Notes: generated by a model from the letters alone, not told the origin. A DNA stretch of 62,294 nt, filler included, from Actinomycetota bacterium (GCA_013152275.1; 5 parts of 5 records of this genome joined end to end with filler, not necessarily neighbours in it), one strand, 5' to 3'; shown: positions 21,605 to 31,210, counted from the first letter of the whole stretch. Translations and numbers: made by a program.

Positions 21605-21711
21605 ACGTTCTCACCTCCTCTCACACAGTCTCTCCGGGGACCTCCCCCGGTGTGCGCGGGTGGCGAGACGGTCCAGAAAGGGCGCGTTCCCGCCATCCCT
21701 GCAGTTTCTAT

Positions 21712-21737
21712 AACGCATCTCTATTCCCGAAACTTCC
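21712..21737 (-). promoter_or_regulatory. Candidate SigH/SigR-type promoter of hsp20
   Basis: GGAAG-N18-GTT on the minus strand, about 105 bp upstream of the start. Confidence 0.4.
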
Positions 21738-21799
21738 CGCCGGGTCGGGAGCTCAGGTTTGCAGCCACGAGCCCTTGGTCGGCGCGACTACGGGGGTGG

Positions 21800-22825
21800 T
21801 CAACGAGTCCCACAGATCAGGCCCCCGCTTCTTCGCACGAGGCCAAGCGTCTCGAGTCGGGCGACGTCCGCCAGCACGCGCGCCGCCGACCGGCCGAGTT
21901 CCTCTGCCAGAGCGTCGACGGATCTGCCGATCGGACCGATGATCCGGAGAATCTCGTCGCCTTCCGCGACGGACGCTCGGCGTTCCGAGGGACCGAGAAC
22001 GATCGAAACCGCCTCGATCAGGTCGGAGGCGTCGAGAACGGGAAGTGCACCATCCCTGATCAGCAGGTTGCAGCCTTCCGACGTGAGACGATCGATGTCA
22101 CCGGGAACCGCAAAGATCTCTCTTCCCTGCATGAGAGCGGTGCGCGCGGTGATCAACGCGCCACCGGTTCGGGCGGCCTCGACGACCACCACCACGGCCG
22201 AAAGCCCCGAGATGACACGGTTCCGGGGTGGGAAGCGCCAGCCGTTCGGGGGCGTTCCGGGCGGGTACTCGGTGACGATCGCGCCTCCCGTCTCGACCAC
22301 GCGTTCCCCGAGTGCCCGATGCTCCTTCGGGTACCAGACATCCGGTCCACAGCCGAGCACTGCGATCGCACATCCACCTGCGTCGACCACACCGCGGTGG
22401 GCGGACCCGTCGATACCACGAGCCAGCCCGGACACGACCGGCCAATTCGCTTCTGCGAGGCCCCGTCCATACACGTTGGCCAGACGCATCCCGTACGCGG
22501 TCGCCCGCCGGGACCCGACGACGGCGATACCAGGCCTGGTCGGCAGCACGCCGCGCACGAACAGCAGATCCGGGCAGTCCGGAAGACCGGCGAGATGCGG
22601 GGGCATCTCCTCACGCAGCACGACGGCGATGCCCTGCTCCGCGAGTTGCTCGAGCCGGTCACCGGCAGAAACGGTGGCCGCCAGACGCGCATGCTCGGGT
22701 ACCTCCACCGTCCCTCTTCGTATCGAAGCCAGGACCGCGTCTGCGGAGCCGAATCGATCGACCAGTTGAGCCCTGCGCGCAGGGTGCATCCCCACATAGG
22801 CGAGCCGGAGCCGTGCGTTCACCAC
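21800..22825 (-). CDS. dprA: DNA-processing protein DprA
   Basis: AVVGSRRATAYG, VSGLARGIDG, FPPRNRVISGLS, GALITA. Confidence 0.97.
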   Translation of the reverse strand: MVNARLRLAYVGMHPARRAQLVDRFGSADAVLASIRRGTVEVPEHARLAATVSAGDRLEQLAEQGIAVVLREEMPPHLAGLPDCPDLLFVRGVLPTRPGIAVVGSRRATAYGMRLANVYGRGLAEANWPVVSGLARGIDGSAHRGVVDAGGCAIAVLGCGPDVWYPKEHRALGERVVETGGAIVTEYPPGTPPNGWRFPPRNRVISGLSAVVVVVEAARTGGALITARTALMQGREIFAVPGDIDRLTSEGCNLLIRDGALPVLDASDLIEAVSIVLGPSERRASVAEGDEILRIIGPIGRSVDALAEELGRSAARVLADVARLETLGLVRRSGGLICGTR

Positions 22826-24288
22826 TCACCCCGAAAACTCAACGCTTCGGCGATGTGGGGCTCGTCGACCGACGCCGAGCCATCCAGATCTCCGATGGTT
22901 CGAGCAACACGCCGCACCCTGTCGAAGCCCCGCCCGGTGAGAGCAAAGCGCTCCACGGCCGTCTCGAGCAGCCGGCGGGCACTCGGCGTCCAATCGAGTT
23001 CGTCCAACTGCCCGCGTCCGAGCCGGCCGTTCGGCGCGCCCCTGTCACGCTGGAGTGATCGTGCCGCCTGCACGCGCTCGGCGATCGGTGCACTCCTCTC
23101 TCCGGGCGGGCCGAGCAGCTCCGACCGTTCAGGTCGAGGGATAGGCACCCTGAGATCGAATCGATCGAGCAGAGGCCCGGAGATGCGGCGTCGGTATCGC
23201 TGAATCGAACCGACCGAGCACGAGCACGGCTTGACGCGATCCCCCGCATAGCCGCACGGACATGGGTTCGTCGCCGCGATGAGCTGGATATCACTCGGAA
23301 ACCGGACCGACACACCCTTTCGGGCAATGACCACCGACCCCGCCTCGAGAGGCTGACGAAGCGCATCCAGAATGTTCACCGGGAACTCGCCCAACTCATC
23401 GAGGAAGAGAACACCCCGATGGGCGAGCGAGATCTCGCCCAGTACGGGAATCCCGCTCCCGCCCCCGACGATGGCCGGCATCGTTGCGGAGTGGTGGGGT
23501 GCCCGAAACGGAGGTACCGATGATGCCGGAGCGGATCTCCCGGCTGCCCCCCACACCTGGGCGACCTCCAACGCCGTCTCCTCGTCCAACGGCGGAAGAA
23601 TGCCGGGAAGGCGGAGTGCGAGCATCGTCTTGCCCGCCCCCGGCGGTCCCCACAAGAGAAGGTGATGCGCTCCGGCGGCGGCGATTTCCAGGGCCCGACG
23701 ACCTGCAGCCTGTCCCCGCACCTCGGCGAGATCGAAGTGCTCACCGGGCGGCGTCGCATCCCCCGTCGGCACCGGGGCACCCGGCGCGCCCTGGGCTACC
23801 GCTATCGCCTCCGAGAGCGAACGAACCGCCTTGACCTGGGCGCCAGGGACGCGCGAGGCCTCCCTCGACGAAGCCTGCGGAAGCAGGCATGGCACGCCCG
23901 CATCCCGCGCCACCATTCCGGCACCGAGGCCGCCACGGGCCGGGCGAACCGCACCGTCGAGAGCGAGTTCTCCCAGCGCCACGACGTCTCCGACGTTCGG
24001 CGGAATGCTCCCGGCGGCGGCAAGAACGCCGAGCGCGATCGGAAGATCGTACGCCGATCCCGCCTTGGGAAGATCCGCAGGGGCGAGGTTGACGGTCACA
24101 CGCCGGATAGGAAAGGGAAACCCCGACGACAGCATGGCAGCCCGGACCCGATGCTTCGCTTCGCGCACTGCGGTATCGGGAAGACCCACCAATGCGAATC
24201 GCTCCTTCGGGGCGCCAACGTGGACTTCCACGCGTACGGGACGTGGCTCGACGCCGACCAGTGCGACGGATGTGACTGTTGCGAACAT
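22819..24288 (-). CDS. comM: YifB/ComM Mg-chelatase-like AAA+ ATPase
   Basis: TVNLAPADLPKAG, GPPGAGKTML, GEISLAHRGVLFLDE, NPCPCG, SGPLLDRFD. Confidence 0.95.
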   Translation of the reverse strand: MFATVTSVALVGVEPRPVRVEVHVGAPKERFALVGLPDTAVREAKHRVRAAMLSSGFPFPIRRVTVNLAPADLPKAGSAYDLPIALGVLAAAGSIPPNVGDVVALGELALDGAVRPARGGLGAGMVARDAGVPCLLPQASSREASRVPGAQVKAVRSLSEAIAVAQGAPGAPVPTGDATPPGEHFDLAEVRGQAAGRRALEIAAAGAHHLLLWGPPGAGKTMLALRLPGILPPLDEETALEVAQVWGAAGRSAPASSVPPFRAPHHSATMPAIVGGGSGIPVLGEISLAHRGVLFLDELGEFPVNILDALRQPLEAGSVVIARKGVSVRFPSDIQLIAATNPCPCGYAGDRVKPCSCSVGSIQRYRRRISGPLLDRFDLRVPIPRPERSELLGPPGERSAPIAERVQAARSLQRDRGAPNGRLGRGQLDELDWTPSARRLLETAVERFALTGRGFDRVRRVARTIGDLDGSASVDEPHIAEALSFRGEW

Positions 24289-24332
24289 GGCCCAACCGTA
24301 CGGGCGGGGTGTGACAAGACCTGGAGACGGCC

Positions 24333-24527
24333 TCAGACTGCGTTGCCGACCGTCTCCCAGGGGTCGGGTGCCGTCACCGTATGAGAATGCGACACGTCAG
24401 GCTGCCGCACCGACGAATCCCACGTTGCTCCACAACGAGTGCAGCGGATGGCGGACCCATCCTCGACGAGGCGGTGCACACGCCACACGCACCAATCGAC
24501 GTTCTCTTGGTTGCCGCGATGTCCCAT
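24333..24527 (-). CDS. Hypothetical 64-aa Cys/His microprotein
   Basis: MGHRGNQENVDWCVWRVH...IRCTRCGATW; starts 5 nt after the upstream micro-ORF. Confidence 0.4.
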   Translation of the reverse strand: MGHRGNQENVDWCVWRVHRLVEDGSAIRCTRCGATWDSSVRQPDVSHSHTVTAPDPWETVGNAV

Positions 24528-24532
24528 GGTCT

Positions 24533-24724
24533 TCAACCGAGCCACCTCGCCAGAGCGAGCCGCTCGCTCCTCACGCCGATCGCCACTTCGCGACGCCACG
24601 GATCGAGGCCCACCGACCAGGCCTGCTGTCCGATGCGAATGGCGCCGCAGACCACACACACCTTGCGGGTGAGACGGGCCCCGATGGCATGTTCCCGGAA
24701 CTCGTGGGGGTTGCAGGCGCTCAT
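24533..24724 (-). CDS. Hypothetical 63-aa putative zinc-ribbon microprotein
   Basis: MSACNPHEF...RKVCVVCGAIRI (CxxH...CxxC). Confidence 0.45.
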   Translation of the reverse strand: MSACNPHEFREHAIGARLTRKVCVVCGAIRIGQQAWSVGLDPWRREVAIGVRSERLALARWLG

Positions 24725-24842
24725 GCAAGAACCATCGGCCCGGTCGCTCCGGCCCTGGAGGAGCGTATCAAGTCGACCCGAACGGTCTAGTGCCCGTCTG
24801 CCGGCTTGAACTACACTGGTGTAACTCGATGGAGGAGACAAG

Positions 24843-25217
24843 GTGCTGGCATTCGACGCGAAAGTCGAGGAGACGCAGATCGTCGTCGAGGCCTGCCTCG
24901 ACCGTTACCGGGCGCTCGGGCTGGATGCGGAAGCCGTCTCCTGGGATCGGGTCACATTGGAGGACCTGAGCATGAACGTGACGCCCCTGATCAAGACCGA
25001 GCGTCGTCTCGACTGGATCCTCACGCGAGACATCCCTCGTCGCGCCGATGCCCTCGTCTTCAAACGCCTCGTCGGCGAGGGATGGACGGTACATGCCTTG
25101 GTGCCTACGGGAATGCTCGGCGAGGCACACCGGGAACTGCGCGGGACCCCGGTTCGGTTGCAGGGATGGTGGATGAGCGAAGGTGGCGTACACTTCGGGC
25201 GACCCGAGATTCCCTGA
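24843..25217 (+). CDS. Hypothetical protein (124 aa)
   Basis: GGAGGAG RBS, GTG start, GC3-rich codons, 4 nt upstream of the HAD gene. Confidence 0.75.
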   Translation: MLAFDAKVEETQIVVEACLDRYRALGLDAEAVSWDRVTLEDLSMNVTPLIKTERRLDWILTRDIPRRADALVFKRLVGEGWTVHALVPTGMLGEAHRELRGTPVRLQGWWMSEGGVHFGRPEIP

Positions 25218-25221
25218 GACC

Positions 25222-26175
25222 ATGCCCGTACCGCTGTACACCCAGACCGTCATTGCACTGATCTGGGACTTCGATCGCACACTGATCCCGGGCAACCAGC
25301 AGGATCCGTTGTTCGAGGAGTACGGCGTGGACGCCCACACATTCTGGGCGGAGGTCGACGGCCTGGTCGAGTACTACCACCGGCGAGGAGTCCGTGTCGC
25401 TCGTGACACCGCCTACCTGAATCACATGCTGACCTACGTCGAGCAAGGTATCTTCGAGGGGTTGACGCGAGCGAAACTGCGCGACCTGGGCGCCCGGATC
25501 GAGATGGCGCCCGGCATTCCCGAGTTCTTCAAGATCTCCCAGGAATACGTCGCACAGATTCCCGAATACGCCCACGAGGGTATCTCGGTCGAGCATTACG
25601 TCGTGTCCACCGGGATCCTCCCCATGGTCGAGGGCAGCGCCGTCGCTCCGCATGTCGACTGGATCTGGGCGAACGATTTCATCGAGCAGCCTGCACCGCC
25701 CGGTTATCTCGAGACACTCGGGATCGAAGAGCCCAACCATCCGATCTCCCATCTCGGCTACACCCTGGACAACACCTCCAAGACCAGGGCGGTGTTCGAG
25801 ATCAACAAGGGAGTCAACAAGAACTCGACCATCGACGTCAACGCGTTGATGTCGGAGGAACAGCGAAGAGTACCGATCAAGAACATGATCTACATCGCCG
25901 ACGGTCCCAGCGACGTTCCCGTGTTCTCGATTCTCAACGAGCGGGGCGGCAAGACGCTTGGCGTATACACGACCAGTCCGACGAACAACTTCCGTCAGGT
26001 CCGCCAACTCCAGACGCAAGGTCGTATCCAGGGCATGGCCGAGGCCGACTATCGAGACGGCAAGGCTGCCTCGCTGTGGCTCATCGACAGCATCGACCAG
26101 ATCTCCAGGGAGATCGTCGACGCGAGACACAAGGCGTTTGCCGAGATCCCGCGCGCTCCGGGACACGCCGACTGA
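25222..26175 (+). CDS. HAD-superfamily hydrolase
   Basis: WDFDRTL motif I, VVSTG motif II, YIADGPSDVP motif IV. Confidence 0.9.
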   Translation: MPVPLYTQTVIALIWDFDRTLIPGNQQDPLFEEYGVDAHTFWAEVDGLVEYYHRRGVRVARDTAYLNHMLTYVEQGIFEGLTRAKLRDLGARIEMAPGIPEFFKISQEYVAQIPEYAHEGISVEHYVVSTGILPMVEGSAVAPHVDWIWANDFIEQPAPPGYLETLGIEEPNHPISHLGYTLDNTSKTRAVFEINKGVNKNSTIDVNALMSEEQRRVPIKNMIYIADGPSDVPVFSILNERGGKTLGVYTTSPTNNFRQVRQLQTQGRIQGMAEADYRDGKAASLWLIDSIDQISREIVDARHKAFAEIPRAPGHAD

Positions 26176-26179
26176 GACG

Positions 26180-26437
26180 ATGGGAAACTTACACTCCGTC
26201 GGGAATCTGACCGTGTCACCGGTGCAGGCGTACGCAGCCCGCAAGCGGTATGTATGTCCAGGCTGCCATGGCCCTGTGGAGGTGGGTGCGTTCCATCTGG
26301 TCGTCGTACCCGACGACGCTCCCGAAGACCGAAGACATTGGCACCGGGGCTGCTGGTTCAAAGAGACGCAGCGTCACCGCCGAGACGTGCTCAAGCGGCA
26401 CCCGGAACCCAGCGAATCTGAACGCCTTCGACACTGA
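26180..26437 (+). CDS. Small conserved actinobacterial Cys/His protein
   Basis: YVCPGCHG...HLVVVP...RRHWHRGCW pattern. Confidence 0.75.
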   Translation: MGNLHSVGNLTVSPVQAYAARKRYVCPGCHGPVEVGAFHLVVVPDDAPEDRRHWHRGCWFKETQRHRRDVLKRHPEPSESERLRH

Positions 26438-26729
26438 ACGCGATTGCCACGAGGTCGACGCGACGCACATCGAGATGGCGGGCGAGCGACCACACCTGTG
26501 TCGCCTTGGCCTCATCGAACGCATCGAGAGGATCCTTGCCGTCGACGGTCCGGTCTCCGATCCACGACGACTTCACCTCGACGGCTACTCGTGTACCTGC
26601 ACGCTCGACGACGAGGTCGATCTCTCCCCTCCCGACACGCACGTTGCGGTCGACGATCGAGAAACCGTGGCGCATCAGATAGTCGGCGGCGACGTGCTCT
26701 CCAAGCTCGCCCAGGCGATGCGCCGTCAG
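26391..26729 (-). CDS. YraN (UPF0102) family nuclease-like protein; start uncertain
   Basis: LGELGEHVAADYL, DRNVRVGRGEIDLV, AVEVK, RVDLVAI. Confidence 0.88.
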   Translation of the reverse strand: MTAHRLGELGEHVAADYLMRHGFSIVDRNVRVGRGEIDLVVERAGTRVAVEVKSSWIGDRTVDGKDPLDAFDEAKATQVWSLARHLDVRRVDLVAIAFSVEGVQIRWVPGAA

Positions 26730-27022
26730 AGGCGAACGCCGGGCTCCAGCTCTTCGATATTCACGTCGCGAAAGGTCAGCACACGCACGTGCTGCAGGAA
26801 CCTCGCCGGTCGGTACATGTCCCATACCCAGGCATCCTCGAGTTCGATTTCGAAATAGGTCGAGTTTGCCTCATGGCGAGTGTGCACATCGACACGGTTG
26901 GCGAGATAGAAGCGGCGCTCGGTCTCCACGACGAACCGGAACATCGGGAGGACGTCACGGTACTCCTTGTAGATCTTGAGTTCGATCTCGGACTCGTACC
27001 GCTCCAGATCTTCCTCATGCAT
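26726..27022 (-). CDS. DUF2469 family protein
   Basis: EDLERYESEIELKIYKEYRDV...VETERRFYLAN...DAWVWDMYRPARF. Confidence 0.95.
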   Translation of the reverse strand: MHEEDLERYESEIELKIYKEYRDVLPMFRFVVETERRFYLANRVDVHTRHEANSTYFEIELEDAWVWDMYRPARFLQHVRVLTFRDVNIEELEPGVRL

Positions 27023-27131
27023 TCCAATTCCTTCTTCCCGAGGCCCCCCGATGCTACCAACCTCGACCACGACACGTTCTACACACGGTCGGTGACAGAA
27101 ACGGTTCGGGACCGAGCCCTCTCGCCGCCGG

Positions 27132-27740
27132 CTACAGCCGGCCCAGGCGATTGAGTGGCCAGATACGAACGAACGCCTTTCCCACGATCGAGTCGACCGG
27201 AATAGGACCGAAGACACGACCGTCCTTGCTGTGGTCCCGGTTGTCTCCCATCACCAACACCTTGCCTTCCGGAATGGTCACAGGTCCATAGTCGGGCATA
27301 TGGCTCCCCGGATACACGTACGGCTCGGCGATAGGCACGCCGTTGATCAGTACCTGATTGTCTCGAATCTCGACGGTCTCACCTCCGACTGCAATCACCC
27401 GCTTGATCAGATCTTCGATGTCGGGGGACTGCAGCCCGAGAGACTCGCCGACGTGTCGTACGAGCGCATCGAACAGCGGCTCGGCGTCTCGCGTCTGGCC
27501 CCACGGCGGTTCGAACACCACCACATCCCCACGCCGAGGCTCACTCCACGTGTAGGAGAGTTTGTTGACCAGGACCCTGTCACCGATCTCGAGTGTGTGC
27601 CGCATCGATCCCGATGGAATGAAGAACGCCTGAACGAGGAACGTCTTGATAACGACGGCGACCACCAGCGCTATCAAGATGAGGATCGGAAGTTCGATCC
27701 AGAAAGGCGTGCGAGAGGATGGCTTGTGTGTCACGACCAC
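27132..27740 (-). CDS. lepB: Signal peptidase I
   Basis: QAFFIPSGSMRHTL, LIKRVIA, VMGDNRDHSKDGR. Confidence 0.96.
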   Translation of the reverse strand: MVVTHKPSSRTPFWIELPILILIALVVAVVIKTFLVQAFFIPSGSMRHTLEIGDRVLVNKLSYTWSEPRRGDVVVFEPPWGQTRDAEPLFDALVRHVGESLGLQSPDIEDLIKRVIAVGGETVEIRDNQVLINGVPIAEPYVYPGSHMPDYGPVTIPEGKVLVMGDNRDHSKDGRVFGPIPVDSIVGKAFVRIWPLNRLGRL

Positions 27741-27759
27741 CCCGCCGGCTCGCAAGGCA

Positions 27760-28101
27760 CTAGCGGCGTTCTTTGATGCGTGCCGCCTTGCCGACCCTGT
27801 CCCGCAGGTAGTAGAGCTTTGCTCGCCTGACCTTGCCGCGCCGGGTGACCTCGACCTTTTGGATGATCGGTGCGTGAACGGGGAACACGCGCTCGACCCC
27901 CACACCAAAACTGATCTTGCGAACAGTGAACGTACTCTTGATTCCGGCCCCGTCGCGAGCGATCACCACTCCCTCGAAGACCTGAACGCGTTCGCGACCC
28001 GCCTCCACGACACGAACGTGGACGCGCACGGTGTCGCCGGCGCGAAAGTCCGGGATGTCTTCGCGCAGATACGCGTTTTCGAGCTGTTCGAGCATGTTCA
28101 T
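27760..28101 (-). CDS. rplS: 50S ribosomal protein L19
   Basis: [42 protein letters not shown]. Confidence 0.99.
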   Translation of the reverse strand: MNMLEQLENAYLREDIPDFRAGDTVRVHVRVVEAGRERVQVFEGVVIARDGAGIKSTFTVRKISFGVGVERVFPVHAPIIQKVEVTRRGKVRRAKLYYLRDRVGKAARIKERR

Positions 28102-28200
28102 CGGGGAACTCCTTAAAGGGAGCATCGAGCGGGCAGCGATTGTAACAGGTCGAGCCATCGATGCGGCAGCGCCGCCCGCAACATAGCAGCCCTCGAACGC

Positions 28201-28890
28201 TCATCTGCCGGCCGACGGATCGGAACGGTCGTTCCACAGGTCCGGTCGACGGTCGCGTGTGCGCTCTTCGCGTCGAGTCTGCCGCCACCGCTCGATCCGA
28301 GCGTGGTCGCCGGAGAGAAGCACCTCGGGCACGGTCCATCCGTGATAGTCGGACGGCCTCGTGTACTGGGGCTCTTCCAACAACCCATCTCGGAAGGACT
28401 CGAGAGAGGCGGAGTCATCGTTGCCGAGAACGTCCGGAAGGAGCCGGGCAACGGCTTCGATGATCGCCAATGCGGCCACTTCTCCCCCGGCCAGAACGAA
28501 ATCGCCCAGCGAGATCTCCTCATCGACCAAGTGCTCTGCGACTCGTTCGTCGACCCCCTCGTAGCGCCCGCACACCAGGGTGAGGTGGTCCATGCCGGCC
28601 CAACGATCCAGCACCGACTGGTCCAACGGTCGCCCCACAGGCGTGAGCAGGACCTTGTGGCTGGAGTCGAGAGGCTGGAGCGCTCGAGCGAGCGGATCAA
28701 CCATCAGCACCATGCCGGGTCCCCCACCAAACGGGGCATCATCCACCTGTCGGTGCCTGCCGCGGCCGAACTCGCGCAAGTCCACGGTTGTGACGACGAG
28801 GTGGCCTTCGGCGATTGCACGACCGACGATGCTGACCTCGAGTGGAGAGGAGAAGAACTCCGGAAACAGGGTGATAATCGAGATGTTCAA
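28201..28890 (-). CDS. trmD: tRNA (guanine-N1)-methyltransferase TrmD
   Basis: VDDAPFGGGPGMV, CGRYEGVDER, SLGDFVLAGGE, LLSGDHA. TTG start with a GGAGG RBS. Confidence 0.98.
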   Translation of the reverse strand: MNISIITLFPEFFSSPLEVSIVGRAIAEGHLVVTTVDLREFGRGRHRQVDDAPFGGGPGMVLMVDPLARALQPLDSSHKVLLTPVGRPLDQSVLDRWAGMDHLTLVCGRYEGVDERVAEHLVDEEISLGDFVLAGGEVAALAIIEAVARLLPDVLGNDDSASLESFRDGLLEEPQYTRPSDYHGWTVPEVLLSGDHARIERWRQTRREERTRDRRPDLWNDRSDPSAGR

Positions 28891-28938
28891 CCAAAAGCCT
28901 CCAAACGGTCCGACCCTAGAGTATCCTTCCCATTGATC

Positions 28939-29682
28939 GTGCCAGACAGCGACTTCACTTCCGCGGACCCCTGGGGTCTTCCCGTCGACGATCAGTCCGA
29001 GGCGATATCTGGTGAGACGGGGGACGCCCAGGAACAACCAGAGGCAGAACCCGAGCCCGAACCCGGTGAGCCAGAGGCAGAACCCGAGCCCGAGGCGGAG
29101 TCCGAGTCCGAACCCGGTGAGCCCGAGGCAGAGCCCGAACCCGAACCNNNNNNNNNNNNNNNNNNNNNNNNNNNNNNNNNNNNNNNNNNNNNNNNNNNNN
29201 NNNNNNNNNNNNNNNNNNNNNNNNCCGAACCCGGTGAGCCCGAGGCAGAGCCCGAGCCCGAACCCGGTGAGCCCGAGGCAGAGGCAGGCAGACCTGTTGC
29301 CTCACAACCGCCGACCGGTGCGAGGAACGTGCTCGATGCGCTCGGAGCCGGCCTCGACGACCTCCCCGATGAACCGCCTGCGTGGATGGAAACACCGACC
29401 GACACCGAAACTGCACTGTCTCCTCCGAGCGTCTACCAGGAACTCGCGGCGCTCAGCCATGACAACCCTGCCGAAGACGAAACCGACGCGAAGACTCCCG
29501 CATCGGAAGGACTCGAGACCGACGCGACCGTTCTCGACGAGGCGCACGCACAGCAGACCGACGAGCCGGGGATGGAAGTCGACCTCGACGAAGTCGTCGA
29601 AGAGGCCGTCACCGCCATCGAAGAACCCCACATCGAGATCCTCGAACCCACCGACCTGCACGAAGAGCCGGACATCGAGATC
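28939..29682 (+). CDS. Very acidic Glu/Pro-rich protein (partial; spans a gap, cut at contig end)
   Basis: Open frame PDSDFTSADPWGLP...(EPGEPEAEPEP)n...EVDLDEVVEEAV, with tandem repeats on both sides of the N gap. Confidence 0.65.
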
Positions 29683-29782
29683 NNNNNNNNNNNNNNNNNN
29701 NNNNNNNNNNNNNNNNNNNNNNNNNNTTAATTAATTAANNNNNNNNNNNNNNNNNNNNNNNNNNNNNNNNNNNNNNNNNNNN
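29683..29782. other. Artificial contig linker
   Basis: N44-TTAATTAATTAA-N44, stops in all six frames. Confidence 0.98.
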
Positions 29783-29967
29783 GCTGGGCGCTCAGCGAAC
29801 CTGAGGTGTATCGGGTGTGGGCGTACGTCAATGTCGGGAACGTGGTGTCGCAGCGGGTTCTCGAGAAGGCCGGCATGGTCCGGGAGGGTGTCCTGCACCG
29901 GTGGGCACCGCATCCGAATGTGTCTGCTGAGCCGTCGGATGCCTACATGTACGCCAAGTGGCGGTGA
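29783..29967 (+). CDS. RimJ/RimL-type GNAT acetyltransferase, C-terminal part
   Basis: Manual translation: YRVWAYVNVGNVVSQRVLEKAGMVREGVLHRW...YMYAKWR*. Confidence 0.85.
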
Positions 29968-30003
29968 GTTCCTCGCCCGTCTGGTTCGGCGACTTGGCCG
30001 GCC

Positions 30004-30372
30004 TCACGACTCGACATCGAGAACGCCGGACTCGAGAACTCCTGTCAGTGCGATTTGCCGGTCGGTCCAGGACACGCCCCGTTCCGACTGCAGTCCGTTC
30101 ACGGTGGCGAGATCCAATCCCCGGACCTCGATCGATGCGCCTCCGCATTGCGGCGGGAACGACTCGAGCAGAACTTCACACAGACGCACCACGTCACCGT
30201 CTGCCACCAGGAGCCCGACGACAGATTGGTTTCCAGAAGCCGACTGGGCCTCCGTGACCGTGAGGGGACCGGAATCCCCACACGCGGCGACGGCGAGCGA
30301 CAGCGCGATGGCTACGAGCATCCATCGTGTCCTTCTCAGCACATTCTCTTTGACATGCCTCTTGTGTTTCAC
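30004..30372 (-). CDS. Putative lipoprotein
   Basis: Lipobox VAAC, LCEVLLESFPPQCGG motif, GAGGAGG RBS. Confidence 0.75.
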   Translation of the reverse strand: MKHKRHVKENVLRRTRWMLVAIALSLAVAACGDSGPLTVTEAQSASGNQSVVGLLVADGDVVRLCEVLLESFPPQCGGASIEVRGLDLATVNGLQSERGVSWTDRQIALTGVLESGVLDVES

Positions 30373-31210
30373 GTTGCCTCCTCAACCTCCCCTTGGTGGT
30401 GATCGCGTACCCTTCGGCGACCGGCGCCGATCGACGCGTGTCCGCAGCCGGCCCGGCCCCAGATGCACGGCACGGCGGCGGTACCGATGGGGGCGATGAA
30501 CCCGATACCGTCGACGGCCTCGGCATCTGGCACCATGTCGAGCAGCAGACCAAGCCAATTCGCCGCCGGCATCGCTGCTGCGAACATCACGAAGTTGCGT
30601 GTGGTCGTTCCAGCGATGTCACTCGTAATCGTCGTTCGTGCCTCGGCCACCGATTGCTCCTGCTGTGTATGGCTTCTTGTCACATCTCCTCCTCAGGCCT
30701 GATCGCCGTGTGGGGTGCCTCATCAGACATGGGTACCTGGTTCCCCGGCTCGACGCCAAGGAGGGTGTCGGCCGGTGGATCAATCACCTCGTGGTCGGCC
30801 TCATATGGGGGATGTGGCATCTCCCATACGTGGCGGTGTTCTGGGACTACACCGACGAGAGCTTGGCGACCCTGCTGCCACGCATCCTGTTGGGCACTGT
30901 CATTGTCGCCGTCGTCTACGGCGAGATCCGCCTTGCGGCCGGTTCGGTGTGGCCCGCCGTCCTGATGCACGCGATGGGTAATGCCGTTGTCGGGGGACTG
31001 CTGGCCGATGAAGTCCTCGCAGTCAGCAGCGTGAGACCCATCGTGTTCAGCCCCGGCGCAGACGGATTGTTCGTCATCGGGCTGACCGCCGTCGTGGCGT
31101 CGGCCGTGGTGGTGGCTACCCGCAGGTCGGATACCGACGGCGGTCGCCGGACGGCCCCCGGCGACGTCGGGAAGACGAATCGACACAGGGATGAAAGGAA
31201 CAGAACATGA
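30369..31210. pseudogene. Rearranged CPBP (CAAX/Abi) intramembrane protease gene
   Basis: C-terminal half on + (GYLVPRL, GLIWGMWHLPY, YGEIRL...SVWPAVLMH). N-terminus-like segment with RBS on - (from 30683: TTRNFVMFAAA...WLGLLLD). EE motif not found. Confidence 0.6.

Noticed and set aside
29030..29290. Repeat array around the N gap as CRISPR
   Set aside because: In-frame EPEAEP coding repeats with no unique spacers and no cas genes.
29727..29738. TTAATTAATTAA as a biological AT-rich site
   Set aside because: Identical N-flanked copy at four places; assembly spacer.
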